A DNA stretch of 64,000 nucleotides from an uncultured Gammaproteobacteria bacterium (GCA_963701455.1 CAVPAE010000001.1:84841-148840); one strand, 5' to 3'; shown: positions 40,828-50,208, numbered from the stretch's first letter. A program made the numbers and translations. The notes: a model not told the origin generated them from the sequence alone.

Positions 40828-43800
40828 TTACCAGCCGCAGTGGGTGCCGTCTGCTGCCGGTTGGCCGGCGACGTTGTTGGCAGTCACCTCCACCCACGCA
40901 ACCTCGGAGGCACGGCCCTCGACCAGGTGGTTCTTCCACTTGGTCGTGCAGCCCCTGCGTTGCAGTGAGCGGGTGCGGTCGCCGTGGCAACCCTTACACA
41001 CCGTCTGCTCCGGATCCTCGAAGGCCGGATCGCCGGACACGTAGCCCTGGCTCGCGATCTCTGCCTTGTCCATCGCATCCCGGGTCACGCGGCCATCAAA
41101 GGCGTGGTCGACCCACTTGCTCGCGGAGGAGCTGATCAGCGCACTGTTGTCACCGTGGCAGCGGGTGCAGATGAAGTCCGCCGGGTCCACGTCCTCGGTG
41201 TAGGTGTGCATCCAGGAGACTGCCGCGTCGAAGTCATTGTCGATCGGCGTGCCACGGAAATCCAGGGCAGTGTTCACCCGGCCATCCGGATTCACATAGA
41301 CGCCATCACCATTGGTCTGGTGGCAGGCGCCACACTTCAGCGGCCCGTGAGAGCCATCGGCATTCATGCTCATCGCCTGGGCGTAGCTGGTCTCGTCGAT
41401 CGCCTTGTCGCCGTACATCCCCGGTGGTGTCACCGGATAGAGGCCGTGGATCGATTCATGGCAACCCTGGCAGGTGATGTCCTGGTGACCGCGGGAATAG
41501 CGGTTCAGGGACGCCTTGCGCGGGTAGTTGAACGGCGGGAAGGCATTCACGTTGCCGCTCTGCTCCGTATACGGCGCCGCGTGACAGTCCGCACAGTGCG
41601 GTTCACCCGGTGACAGCCAGTGGTCACGGCCGTCGGTCGCGGCCGAGAACGGTACCGGCACTGCCGCCTGACCGGGGCCGGTCAGGGTCGCGTTCGCCGC
41701 ATCCACACAGTCCTGCGTGGTGCAGAAGTCCATGAGAGCGACGTTGACATCACCATCCACATCCAGCGATCCGCAGATGCTGAAATCAGGATTGCCGTTG
41801 CCGTCGCAGTCCGGTCCCGGCAGCCCCACACCCGTGGAGCAGTCGGTGGGTACGATCGGTTCGGACTGCAGGTTCACCTCGATCGTCGCCACGTTGCCGT
41901 CCTGTGCCGGAGTCGGCTCTGCGCCGAACAGCGAGGCGACATGGTCACAGAGACCGGGATCCGGCGCCCATATGGCGTGGGTCTGGTCCGTGGTCCGGTG
42001 GGAGCCCGGATCGATCCAGCTCTCCACCTGGTCAAGCGTATAGCTGGTACCCCGCGCCGCGTTGACCGCATTCACCACATCCAGCAGGTCGGTGCCGCCC
42101 GGCTCGCGCACGTGGCCCGGGTCACCGGGTTCAGCATGCACCAGGCTGACGACGTTCTCCGCCTTCCACATCTCCTGGCTGAACTGCTGGTGACAGTTGG
42201 TGCACCAGAGGCCCTTGCCCGAAGGGCCATTGGGGGAGGCGTCGGAGCTGACCTGGTTCCGCAACCACTGACCCACCGGATTCAGGTGCTCTGGGGTCTC
42301 CGCGCCACCGGGAGCGTCCTTCATGGCATTGGAGTGGACGTCACGGCCCACGAAGCAGCCGCCGGCCGCATCGCGGTTGTCCCCTGCTGCGAAGGCGTTG
42401 GAGCCGTCCTCGGTGATCGGATAGCTGGCGAGACCGCCGTCGGAGCGGTGCGCCGGATGGCAACCCTGGCAGCCACCACTGCGACCCTCGGCATCGGCGA
42501 ACTGGACATTGCCGGCCTCGCAGACGCCGTCACCGGCCCCCGCACTCGTGTCGCAATCTGCGTTCACACTGCACTGATTGTGGCCACCCAGGCCTGCACT
42601 GCAATAGAGCTCGGTTGTCTCACGGTGGTTGAAGTGAATCGCCTCGGTCAGCGGCGGGATCAGGTCGCCGGCTTCACAGGTGAGACTGCCGGGTCCGCAG
42701 TTGGCCGACTTGACTGTCGCGATGACGTTGTCGGCATGGCAGCGCTGGCAGAGTACCGACTCGTGGCCGAGGCGGTAGTTCTGCGGAAGACCGAAGCCGG
42801 TGCTCGGATAGTTACCCATGAAATTGGTGCCATGCTCGTTGTCGTGGATGTTCAGGATCGAGATGGCCGCCCCCTTCAGGCGCGAGTACCAGTCGGAGTC
42901 ACCCCCGCCGGTGTCGATAGCGTAGTAGGTGTTCCAGAAGTCCATCTCCAGCTGCACGTTCGCCATGACATCGGGGTTGTTGTTGACATTCTGCGCGCTG
43001 TTAATACCCGAGAAGTCGGAGTGGCAGCGCTCGCAGTTGGGAATGTCGATGGGTGCGGTACCAAAACCGATCACCGGCTTGCCGTCGTCGAGGACCGCTG
43101 CACCCGGGGTGCAGGCAGAGCCGACACAGTCGGCCTCATGCAACTGGGCCTTCATGGCGACGTACGGACGAATCGAGTCCTCGTCCACCAGTCCGGGGTC
43201 ACCGAAGAAGTCGATGGTGTCCTCGAACGGTGTCAGGGGCAGGCCCAGGGCCTCCCAGATCCGCGGAGAGGTAAGCATCACTGGCAGGTTCTCCAGCACC
43301 TTCATCTGGGTGAACACCACGGTGCCATGATCGGTGGAGAAGGTCAGCACGTTGGAAAGGCCAGCCGTGGAACCCGGTCCCATGGGATGGAAGGCGGGAC
43401 CGCTGTTGTCCGGCAGCACTGTTGAGAACGGGATATGGGCATTCGGCATGCCGAGGCGGATCTTGTCAGCCTCCGCGCTGGTAACCCCCGGAGGGATGGT
43501 GCCTTCCAGGTCGGCGTAGATGTAGAAGTGGTTCAACCACGCATTGGCATAGTTGTCCCCGGCCTGGCCGAAGGTGCCGTCACCCTGCACGACGTTTTGC
43601 GCGCCGTTGTAGTCATCGTAGATCAGCTTGTTGCCGGCATCCACATCCGCACCGTCGAATACCGTTTGCCACATCAGCAGGGAGTTGCCCTCCACATTAC
43701 TGATCAGGCGACTGGTCTGGTTCTTGCCGTTGGGATCATCGTTGCGTGGCTGGGCATCGTGCCAGTAGGTCAGCATGTACTTCTTGAAGTTGCCGTTGGC

Positions 43801-44481
43801 GTCCAGTTCCTTGTCGCGCACGACCGTGGGCCGGCCAAGAAAGTCGAGCCCGACACTGTGGTCAGCTTCCAGGGTGTCCGGGAATCCACCGCCTTTGTCC
43901 GTCTTCACCACCTGGGCAATGATGGAGTTATACGGCGGCAGCACGCAGCAATAGGCGAACTCGAATCCGGTGCAGTGCATACCCAGCTCGTAGTTCATCG
44001 GGATGATGAAGGCCTTCTGGCCGGCGTTCGCAGCAACGCAGCCGATGTCTTCCACGCATTCGCTGTCAGCGCAGTCCAGGTCGCCGTTGCCGTTGTTATC
44101 AATGCCATCGTCGCAGATTTCCAGGTTGGCGGTCTGGGCCAGCGTGGTCGTGGTGGTCGTTGTTGACGACGTTGATGTTGTTGTACCTCCTCCCTCAGTC
44201 GTGGTCGTCGTTGTTGACGTACTTGTGGTTGACGTTGTCGACGATGTCGTTGTGCCCTGACAGTAGTTAGAGCTGGTGCAATCGGGATCGTTGCAGTCGA
44301 TCAACCCGTCGTTGTCGTTGTCGACGCCGTCGCTACACTTGTTGTCGCCCTTTTCTTTCTGGCCGCCACCGCCGCCCGGTGCGGCGTAGACGTCTCCCGG
44401 CACGGTGAGTGCCAGCGGTACTGCAAGCGCAAGCCCCAGCGAAAGCAGGCATGCGGTGAAAATGCGTAGTGGATTCCTCAT
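40828..44481 (-). CDS. Giant nonaheme c-type cytochrome, paralog 4 (Cys-rich Ca-binding-like N-repeats, poly-Thr/Ser linker)
   Basis: It is 1217 aa with nine CxxCH motifs. The N-terminus has two CxDGxDNDxDGxxDCxDxDC repeats, and the linker is TTTSSTTSTTSTSTTTTTT...TTTTTTT. It carries the conserved motif NYELGMHCTGFEFAYCCVLPPYNSIIAQVVK. Confidence 0.85.
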   Translation of the reverse strand: MRNPLRIFTACLLSLGLALAVPLALTVPGDVYAAPGGGGGQKEKGDNKCSDGVDNDNDGLIDCNDPDCTSSNYCQGTTTSSTTSTTSTSTTTTTTEGGGTTTSTSSTTTTTTTLAQTANLEICDDGIDNNGNGDLDCADSECVEDIGCVAANAGQKAFIIPMNYELGMHCTGFEFAYCCVLPPYNSIIAQVVKTDKGGGFPDTLEADHSVGLDFLGRPTVVRDKELDANGNFKKYMLTYWHDAQPRNDDPNGKNQTSRLISNVEGNSLLMWQTVFDGADVDAGNKLIYDDYNGAQNVVQGDGTFGQAGDNYANAWLNHFYIYADLEGTIPPGVTSAEADKIRLGMPNAHIPFSTVLPDNSGPAFHPMGPGSTAGLSNVLTFSTDHGTVVFTQMKVLENLPVMLTSPRIWEALGLPLTPFEDTIDFFGDPGLVDEDSIRPYVAMKAQLHEADCVGSACTPGAAVLDDGKPVIGFGTAPIDIPNCERCHSDFSGINSAQNVNNNPDVMANVQLEMDFWNTYYAIDTGGGDSDWYSRLKGAAISILNIHDNEHGTNFMGNYPSTGFGLPQNYRLGHESVLCQRCHADNVIATVKSANCGPGSLTCEAGDLIPPLTEAIHFNHRETTELYCSAGLGGHNQCSVNADCDTSAGAGDGVCEAGNVQFADAEGRSGGCQGCHPAHRSDGGLASYPITEDGSNAFAAGDNRDAAGGCFVGRDVHSNAMKDAPGGAETPEHLNPVGQWLRNQVSSDASPNGPSGKGLWCTNCHQQFSQEMWKAENVVSLVHAEPGDPGHVREPGGTDLLDVVNAVNAARGTSYTLDQVESWIDPGSHRTTDQTHAIWAPDPGLCDHVASLFGAEPTPAQDGNVATIEVNLQSEPIVPTDCSTGVGLPGPDCDGNGNPDFSICGSLDVDGDVNVALMDFCTTQDCVDAANATLTGPGQAAVPVPFSAATDGRDHWLSPGEPHCADCHAAPYTEQSGNVNAFPPFNYPRKASLNRYSRGHQDITCQGCHESIHGLYPVTPPGMYGDKAIDETSYAQAMSMNADGSHGPLKCGACHQTNGDGVYVNPDGRVNTALDFRGTPIDNDFDAAVSWMHTYTEDVDPADFICTRCHGDNSALISSSASKWVDHAFDGRVTRDAMDKAEIASQGYVSGDPAFEDPEQTVCKGCHGDRTRSLQRRGCTTKWKNHLVEGRASEVAWVEVTANNVAGQPAADGTHCGW

Positions 44482-44541
44482 TTTTAATTCCCCCTAATAG
44501 TAGTTATACGGGATGAGCGGAGCCGTACTGACCGTAATCAC

Positions 44542-44557
44542 TGCAAATTGCAGGCCA
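44542..44557 (-). promoter_or_regulatory. Candidate sigma54 promoter for cytochrome 4 (minus-strand TGGCCT-N5-TTGCA)
   Basis: The spacing is canonical GG-N10-GC, and the -12 element is an exact TTGCA. It lies about 50 nt upstream of the ATG. An AT-rich region at 44590..44630 may be an IHF site. A palindrome lies further upstream. Confidence 0.5.
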
Positions 44558-44634
44558 ACAACCAACAGCTCTACAACCACCTGTTTTTCTTTTTTATTAG
44601 CATGTTAGCAACCTATTATTTACCTGTGGCACGA

Positions 44635-44656
44635 CACTATTGGCATGACAATAGTG
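44635..44656. promoter_or_regulatory. 22-bp near-perfect palindrome CACTATTGGCATGACAATAGTG (candidate activator site)
   Basis: It is an inverted repeat about 90-110 bp upstream of the candidate -24/-12 element. A TGTCAG motif follows 17 bp upstream. Confidence 0.4.
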
Positions 44657-45172
44657 GCGAAAATGGCAGTGTTGTCAGACTGGATTGCATCTCGATACAC
44701 GCAGTGCAAACCGAAAACTGCGGCAACCCGCTGCATAAAATCCTTTTGGTAACTGCATTGAAGAACAGCACCCGAATTGATTTTTCCAAAACCAGGGATG
44801 AGGACTTCAATTGCGAGAAACTGCCTTGCCGATATCCGCCGCACTGCGCCAATCAACCGGGGAATGCGGACACCTGCCAGGCAGACACAGTGGCGCTCCC
44901 CCGTTATTGCCGGGCATCGCCGGGAATGGCGCGGCGTTTAATTCAGGAGCCTCTGAATAAGTCGTCACCCCGGCGAAGGCCGGGGTCCAGCCTGTTGATT
45001 TCCTCTATGATTCGCTTCGCTTACCCTGCGGGCCGCTCTCCGGGCGCTCAACACGCCTTGCGCTTTTGTCCGGCATGCGCCGGAATGACGAAACGGGACT
45101 TGTTCAGGGTCTCCTTAATTTGTTCCAGCATGATGATCTGATGCCCCGCTGACAGGATTAGCCCCCCCGCCC

Positions 45173-46564
45173 CTAACCCAGACCGTATCGCTTGAGTTTC
45201 CGGTACAGGGTGCGCTCGCTGACACCCATGGCCTCGGCGACTTTTTTGCGGCTGCCGCCATGCTGCGCCAGCAGGTCCGTAATATGCTGCGCCTCGATAC
45301 TATGCAGTGACGTAGCGGCAGCCTGCGCGGGCGGCTTCCGGACTTCCTGCGGCTCGGCCAGGGATTCGGGTTGGCAGGGCTGCACCTTGCCCGCTGCATG
45401 CAAGTCGAATACTTCCCCGAGGATATCGGCGTCGATTTCACCATTTTTGCTGTGGGTCGCGGCAATAAACAGGATATTGCGCAGCTCCCGCACATTGCCC
45501 GGGTAGTCATACTGCTTAAGCCGCTCCACCGCGGCGCTGGTGAGACTGAAGCGGCGCGCCATGGTATTGCTGATCGGCTCCAGCAGGTTGGGCGCCAGCA
45601 TCTGGACATCATCGATACGTTCCCGCAGCGGCGGTAAGCGCACCGCCAGGCAGGCGATGCGGTAATACAGGTCTTCGCGAAACTGGCCTTCCTTGACGCG
45701 GTCCCAGAGGTGCCGGTTAGTGGCACAGATGACCCGCACATCGGCCTTGCGCGGACCGCGCCCACCCACCCGGCGGTACTGCCCGGTTTCCAGGACGCGC
45801 AGCAGCTTGGCCTGTTGCGACATTGGCAGTTCACCCACCTCGTCAAGGAACAGGGTTCCGCCATGAGCCTGTTCGAACAGACCGATGCGCTCCCCGACGC
45901 TTCCGGTGAAGGCGCCGCGCGCATGCCCGAACACCTCGGCCTCGAACAGGGGTTCGGTCAGCACCGTGCAGTCAACCGTCAGAAACGGCTGGTCACTGCG
46001 GGGTGAATTCCTGTGTATATAGCTGGCGGCGAGTTCCTTGCCGGTACCGGTTTCGCCCTGCAACAGGACCGGCGCCTGTGCCGCGGCAACCATTTTCAAC
46101 TGATCCATGCAAGCCAGAAAAGGTGGCGTACTACCGACCATACGCTTGCCATCAATACGGCGGTCTTCAGGCCCGGAGATCTCCTGGATCAGTTCCCCCA
46201 TGTAGAGTTCCCCGTCGCTGCCACGCAACGGGTATGCGGTGACTCGCACCTGGCACATGCGATGATCCTTGTCATAGTGGATATGCAAACAGGAATCCCG
46301 CTGCCCTATCTCGAACAGGTTGACGTGCGGACAATCCTCGCCGGACTCATGGCACGGCGCATCGTTGCTGTGACTGATGCGGTAGCAGGGCTGCCCGACG
46401 GCCCTTACCCTGTCGGTCCCAAAGGTTCGCTCGTAGGCGCTGTTGACCGCCAGGATCTGGTAATCCCTGTCAATGATGACAAATGGCTGCTCGTGACTGT
46501 CGACCAGTGACTGCAGCTCTATTGGTACAGACTGCGTTGCACCGCCCTTTAATATTGCCTTCAT
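45173..46564 (-). CDS. Sigma54-dependent transcriptional activator (PAS-like sensor, AAA+ sigma54-interaction domain, Fis-type HTH), with no receiver domain
   Basis: The central domain has GETGTGKE and the GAFTGS motif (HARGAFTGS). The C-terminal HTH is AEAMGVSERTLYRKLKRYGL. The N-terminal roughly 150 aa is PAS-like and contains a Cys/His cluster. Confidence 0.85.
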   Translation of the reverse strand: MKAILKGGATQSVPIELQSLVDSHEQPFVIIDRDYQILAVNSAYERTFGTDRVRAVGQPCYRISHSNDAPCHESGEDCPHVNLFEIGQRDSCLHIHYDKDHRMCQVRVTAYPLRGSDGELYMGELIQEISGPEDRRIDGKRMVGSTPPFLACMDQLKMVAAAQAPVLLQGETGTGKELAASYIHRNSPRSDQPFLTVDCTVLTEPLFEAEVFGHARGAFTGSVGERIGLFEQAHGGTLFLDEVGELPMSQQAKLLRVLETGQYRRVGGRGPRKADVRVICATNRHLWDRVKEGQFREDLYYRIACLAVRLPPLRERIDDVQMLAPNLLEPISNTMARRFSLTSAAVERLKQYDYPGNVRELRNILFIAATHSKNGEIDADILGEVFDLHAAGKVQPCQPESLAEPQEVRKPPAQAAATSLHSIEAQHITDLLAQHGGSRKKVAEAMGVSERTLYRKLKRYGLG

Positions 46565-46595
46565 AGCGCCCCCCCGTGGCTATTCAGCGAATTAT

Positions 46596-46660
46596 CTGAC
46601 TGTCATTATTGACAGTTCCTGACACCCGCGAAGGCTAACACTGACAGGAATGTCATGCTT
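46596..46660. promoter_or_regulatory. TGACAG/CTGTCAT repeat cluster between the EBP gene start and the divergent sigma54 promoter
   Basis: It contains the perfect inverted repeat CTGTCATTATTGACAG plus CTGACAC, CTGACAGG and ATGTCAT motifs. The motif family matches the arrays upstream of cytochromes 1 and 2. Confidence 0.45.
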
Positions 46661-46868
46661 TAATATAGATCAAGTGTACGACATACACACCCAACATATC
46701 CCAAAAGAAAAAACTGCCGGGCAGCGCAAGTCACAACCCGACTCACACAATACAATAACAACACCATGTTTTACATGACTATCTAACCACACAATAGCAG
46801 CAACCAGGGCACCCAACTGCTGCACCGAATCCACAAATTCCGTCATGCGAACACCAGACAATCAAGAC

Positions 46869-46884
46869 TGGCACTCATATTGCT
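46869..46884 (+). promoter_or_regulatory. Candidate sigma54 promoter TGGCAC-N5-TTGCT, reading toward the ccm operon
   Basis: It is a near-consensus -24/-12 element on the plus strand, about 210-270 bp downstream of the TGACAG cluster. The first substantial plus-strand gene downstream is ccmA at 47341. Confidence 0.5.
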
Positions 46885-47077
46885 TAGCATGTAGCAACAG
46901 ATGCTACAGGTCATATATGACAGTAGCCATACAGACCCGGCAAAGATGAAATGTGCGCCGGATCTGCGGATACAACCTCTCTCCGGGGCCGGGGACGTCC
47001 ATGACGCTTCCGGACCCGTTTCCCAAGGGCGACCCCACTCGCCCTTTTTTTTGTCCGGAGGAAAGTCCCGCCATTTG

Positions 47078-47235
47078 AATCGCGCCGGAGGACGGCGTTT
47101 ATGCCCACCGGGGTACTCCTACAGGTGCACCTGGTGGTGCAGGAGCGGTCTTTTTATGCCCGTTCTTTGGGTACTGACCGCGATTGCCTGCCTCAAGCAA
47201 TCGCGCCGGAGGACGGCGCTCCTACACCAGGATGT
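47078..47235. repeat. REP-like elements (family with core tcgcgccggaggacggcgctcctacagg)
   Basis: Two units show high identity to the 56880..57375 tandem-array units. Confidence 0.65.
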
Positions 47236-47340
47236 GATGTCCAGCCCAGGATGAAACTTTATTGTTGGGCAGCGCGCGATTCGACGGTATCATGCTCGAT
47301 TCTAATAATTCAGATAACTGTCAGACTTACGAACCATTTC

Positions 47341-47967
47341 ATGCCAGCCACGATCACACTGGAAGCCCGTGACCTCGAATGCATTCGGGACGACCGGACG
47401 CTGTTCAGCGGCCTGAACTTTCGCATCGAACCGGGACAGGCACTGCTGCTGGAAGGCCGCAATGGCAGCGGCAAAACCTCGCTGCTGCGGATTCTTTGCG
47501 GCATTCGACTGCCCGACGCCGGCACGATCACCTGGGATGGCAGCGACATCAACCGCCTGGGCGCGGACTACCACGAACACATCGCCTACGTGGGACACCG
47601 CGACGGCATCAAGCTGGACCTGACCCCGTTGGAAAACCTGGCCATGGCACGCGCCCTGGGCAAACCCAGCGACCTGGACGCCGGACGCCGCCCTGGACAA
47701 GGTCGACCTGTTCGGCTTCGAGGACGTGCTGACCCGCAACCTGTCCGCCGGACAGCAGCGCCGCCTGGCACTGGCCCGACTGCTGGTCACCGACAGTGTG
47801 CTGTGGATCCTGGATGAACCGTTCACCTCGCTCGACGTCCATGGCATCCAGGTGATCGAGAGCCTGCTGGAAGCGCACACGGCCAAAGGCGGCATGCTGG
47901 CAGTGACGTCGCACCACGCCGTCAACCTCGACACCACCCCGGTGCAACGCATCAACCTGTCCGCATG
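47341..47967 (+). pseudogene. ccmA: Heme exporter ATPase CcmA, frameshifted by a 7-bp tandem duplication
   Basis: The N-terminal part has a Walker A (GRNGSGKTS). The ABC signature and Walker B (LSAGQQRRLALARLL...LWILDEP) are in another frame. The frames switch at gacgccg-gacgccg (47677..47690). Removing one 7-mer restores ...SDLDAALDKVDLFGFED... Confidence 0.75.
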
Positions 47968-48651
47968 AACAACGATTCCCTCACCCGCGCCTTTGCGCTG
48001 CTGCTGAAGCGCGACCTGACCCTCGCGGCCCGGCACCGCGCGGAGATGATCAACCCGCTGCTGTTCTTCGTGCTGGTAACCAGCCTGTTCCCGCTGGGGG
48101 TCGGCGCCAACCCGAACATGCTGCAGGCCATCGGCCCGGGGATTATCTGGGTTGCCGCCCTGCTGGCCGCGCTGCTGTCGCTGGAAGGCATCTTCCGCTC
48201 GGACTTCGAGGACGGCACCCTGGAACAGTTGCTGCTCAGCTCGCACCCGGTCTCGGTGCTGGTGCTGGCCAAGGTGCTGGCACACTGGCTGATCACCGGC
48301 CTGCCGCTGCTGCTGATCTCGCCGCTGCTCGGCGTCCTGCTCGGCCTGCCCGTCGAAGGCATCACAACCCTGCTGATCACATTGTTACTGGGTACGCCGG
48401 TGCTCAGCCTGCTCGGCGCGGTCGGCGTGGCCCTGACGGTCGGACTGCGCAAGGGAGGGATGATCCTGTCCCTGCTCGTGTTACCCTTGTACGTACCATT
48501 ACTTATATTTGCCGCAAGTGCGGTCGATACGGCTGCAGCCGGCCTGCCGGTGACGGCGCACCTGATCGCTGATCAGCGCGCTGCTGGTGCTGTCGCTGAG
48601 CCTGTCACCGCTGGCGACGGCGGCGGCGCTGCGCATCAGCCTGGGTTGAGG
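47965..48651 (+). pseudogene. ccmB: Heme exporter permease CcmB with a 3'-proximal frameshift
   Basis: It has the CcmB TM profile. The last roughly 25 aa (ISALLVLSLSLSPLATAAALRISLG) are in another frame. The shift coincides with the near-tandem 7-bp duplication ctgatcg-ctgatca at 48562..48575. Confidence 0.7.
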
Positions 48652-48654
48652 TGA

Positions 48655-48835
48655 TGCCAGGGACCGAAACGAACATCCCCGGATTCCGCTTTGCTGCATC
48701 CGGGCTACGTATAACAATGGGTAGCCCGGATGCAGGCCAGGTCAGGCCGGAATCCGGGACTGAAACGAGCTTTCCCGGATCTCCGCTGCGCTGCATCCGG
48801 GCCACGTTCAACAGCAGCTACAAGACAACACAGAC
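48655..48835. repeat. Two roughly 50-bp direct repeats with an internal 13-bp-stem hairpin (GCATCCGGGCTAC...GTAGCCCGGATGC) in the ccmB-ccmC spacer
   Basis: Read directly from the sequence. It is unusual because ccmB and ccmC are normally tightly linked. Confidence 0.6.
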
Positions 48836-49576
48836 ATGTTCAATAATTTCTTTCACAAGATGGCCTCACCGAAATTTTTCTATCATATTTCGGGCAAGCT
48901 GATTCCCTGGTTCGCCGTTCCCTGCCTGTTGCTGACGCTGGCCGGCCTCTATTACGGTCTGGTCGAGGCGCCGGCGGATTACCAGCAGGGCGACAGCTAT
49001 CGCATCATGTTCATCCACGTGCCGGCGGCCTGGATGTCGATGTTCATCTATGTGGTGATGGCTGGCGCAGGCGCCATCGGCCTGATCTGGCGCATCAAGC
49101 TGGCGGAGATCGTTTCCATCAGCAGCGCGCCGATCGGGGCGTGGTTCACCTTCCTGGCACTGATCACCGGCTCCATCTGGGGCAAGCCGATGTGGGGCAC
49201 CTGGTGGGTCTGGGATGCGCGCCTCACCTCGGAACTGATCCTGCTGTTTCTCTACCTGGGTGTGATTGCCCTCTACAGCGCCATCGATGACAAGCGCACC
49301 GCGGCCCGCGCCACGGCTATTCTTGCCATCGTCGGCGTGGTCAACATCCCCATCATCCATTACTCGGTGGAGTGGTGGAACACCCTGCACCAGGGACCGA
49401 CGGTCACCAAGTTCGACACACCGTCCATTCACATCAGCATGCTGATCCCGCTGCTGTTGATGGCTTTCGCCTTCAAGCTCTATTACGCCTTCGTCGTGCT
49501 GATGCGCGCGCGCTGCGAACTGCTGGAGCGCGAACGCCATACCGGCTGGGTCAGGGAACTCACGGAGCAGAAATGA
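48836..49576 (+). CDS. ccmC: Heme exporter protein CcmC
   Basis: It is 246 aa with the WWxWD-type Trp-rich motif ([11 protein letters not shown]). Confidence 0.85.
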   Translation: MFNNFFHKMASPKFFYHISGKLIPWFAVPCLLLTLAGLYYGLVEAPADYQQGDSYRIMFIHVPAAWMSMFIYVVMAGAGAIGLIWRIKLAEIVSISSAPIGAWFTFLALITGSIWGKPMWGTWWVWDARLTSELILLFLYLGVIALYSAIDDKRTAARATAILAIVGVVNIPIIHYSVEWWNTLHQGPTVTKFDTPSIHISMLIPLLLMAFAFKLYYAFVVLMRARCELLERERHTGWVRELTEQK

Positions 49577-49744
49577 ATCTGAATGAATTCTTCCACATGG
49601 GTGGCTACGGGTTCTACGTGTGGACCTCCTACGGGATCGCACTGTTTGTGCTGCTGCTCAACATCATTCTGCCCGCCACGGCAACACCGGAAGCTGCTGG
49701 CGGACATTGCTCGCAAGGCCAGACGGGCCGGGAGAAAACCATGA
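49573..49744 (+). pseudogene. ccmD: CcmD with a frameshift
   Basis: The N-terminus ([34 protein letters not shown]) is in the ccmE frame. The expected basic C-terminus ([21 protein letters not shown]) is in the +1 frame and ends in an ATGA overlap with the ccmE start. Confidence 0.55.
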
Positions 49745-50208
49745 CACCGAAACGCAAGAAACGCCTGCTGCTGATTGTCCTGGTGATCGCCGGGGTCGCC
49801 ACGGCTGCAGGGTTCGCACTCAGGGCATTCAATGAAAACCTGATGTTCTTCTATACCCCGACGGCGGTCAGCGCCGGCGAAGCCCCGGTCGGACGTTCCA
49901 TCCGCGTCGGCGGCCTCGTCACCACCGGCAGCGTGCGGCGCCAGGCGGACGGCCTGACGGTAGAGTTCGACCTGACCGACAACGCCGAGACCATTACCGT
50001 GCAGTACACCGGCATCCTGCCCGACCTGTTCCGCGAGGGCCAGGGGATCGTCGCCCTGGGCAAGCTGCAGGAAAACCAGCGCTTCGTCGCCGACGAGGTG
50101 CTTGCCAAGCACGATGAAAACTACATGCCTCCGGAAGTCGCCGATGCCCTGGACGCCGCCCACAAGGCCGGCAGCGGCAATCCTGCCGAATCCGGGGGTG
50201 CGCCATGA
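49741..50208 (+). CDS. ccmE: Cytochrome c-type biogenesis heme chaperone CcmE
   Basis: It has [13 protein letters not shown] and a TM anchor. An OB-fold domain carries the heme-binding motif region. Confidence 0.85.
   Translation: MTPKRKKRLLLIVLVIAGVATAAGFALRAFNENLMFFYTPTAVSAGEAPVGRSIRVGGLVTTGSVRRQADGLTVEFDLTDNAETITVQYTGILPDLFREGQGIVALGKLQENQRFVADEVLAKHDENYMPPEVADALDAAHKAGSGNPAESGGAP

Noticed and set aside
44625-44660. TGGCACGACACTATTGGCA read as a plus-strand sigma54 promoter
   Set aside because: The GG-to-GC spacing is 13 rather than 10, and no plus-strand gene lies downstream. It is better explained as half of the 22-bp palindrome CACTATTGGCATGACAATAGTG upstream of the minus-strand cytochrome 4 promoter.
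46901-47254. A 117-aa ORF downstream of the plus-strand sigma54 promoter
   Set aside because: It overlaps the REP-like repeats at 47078-47235 and has no domain features or RBS. The promoter more likely drives the ccm operon or a non-coding leader.
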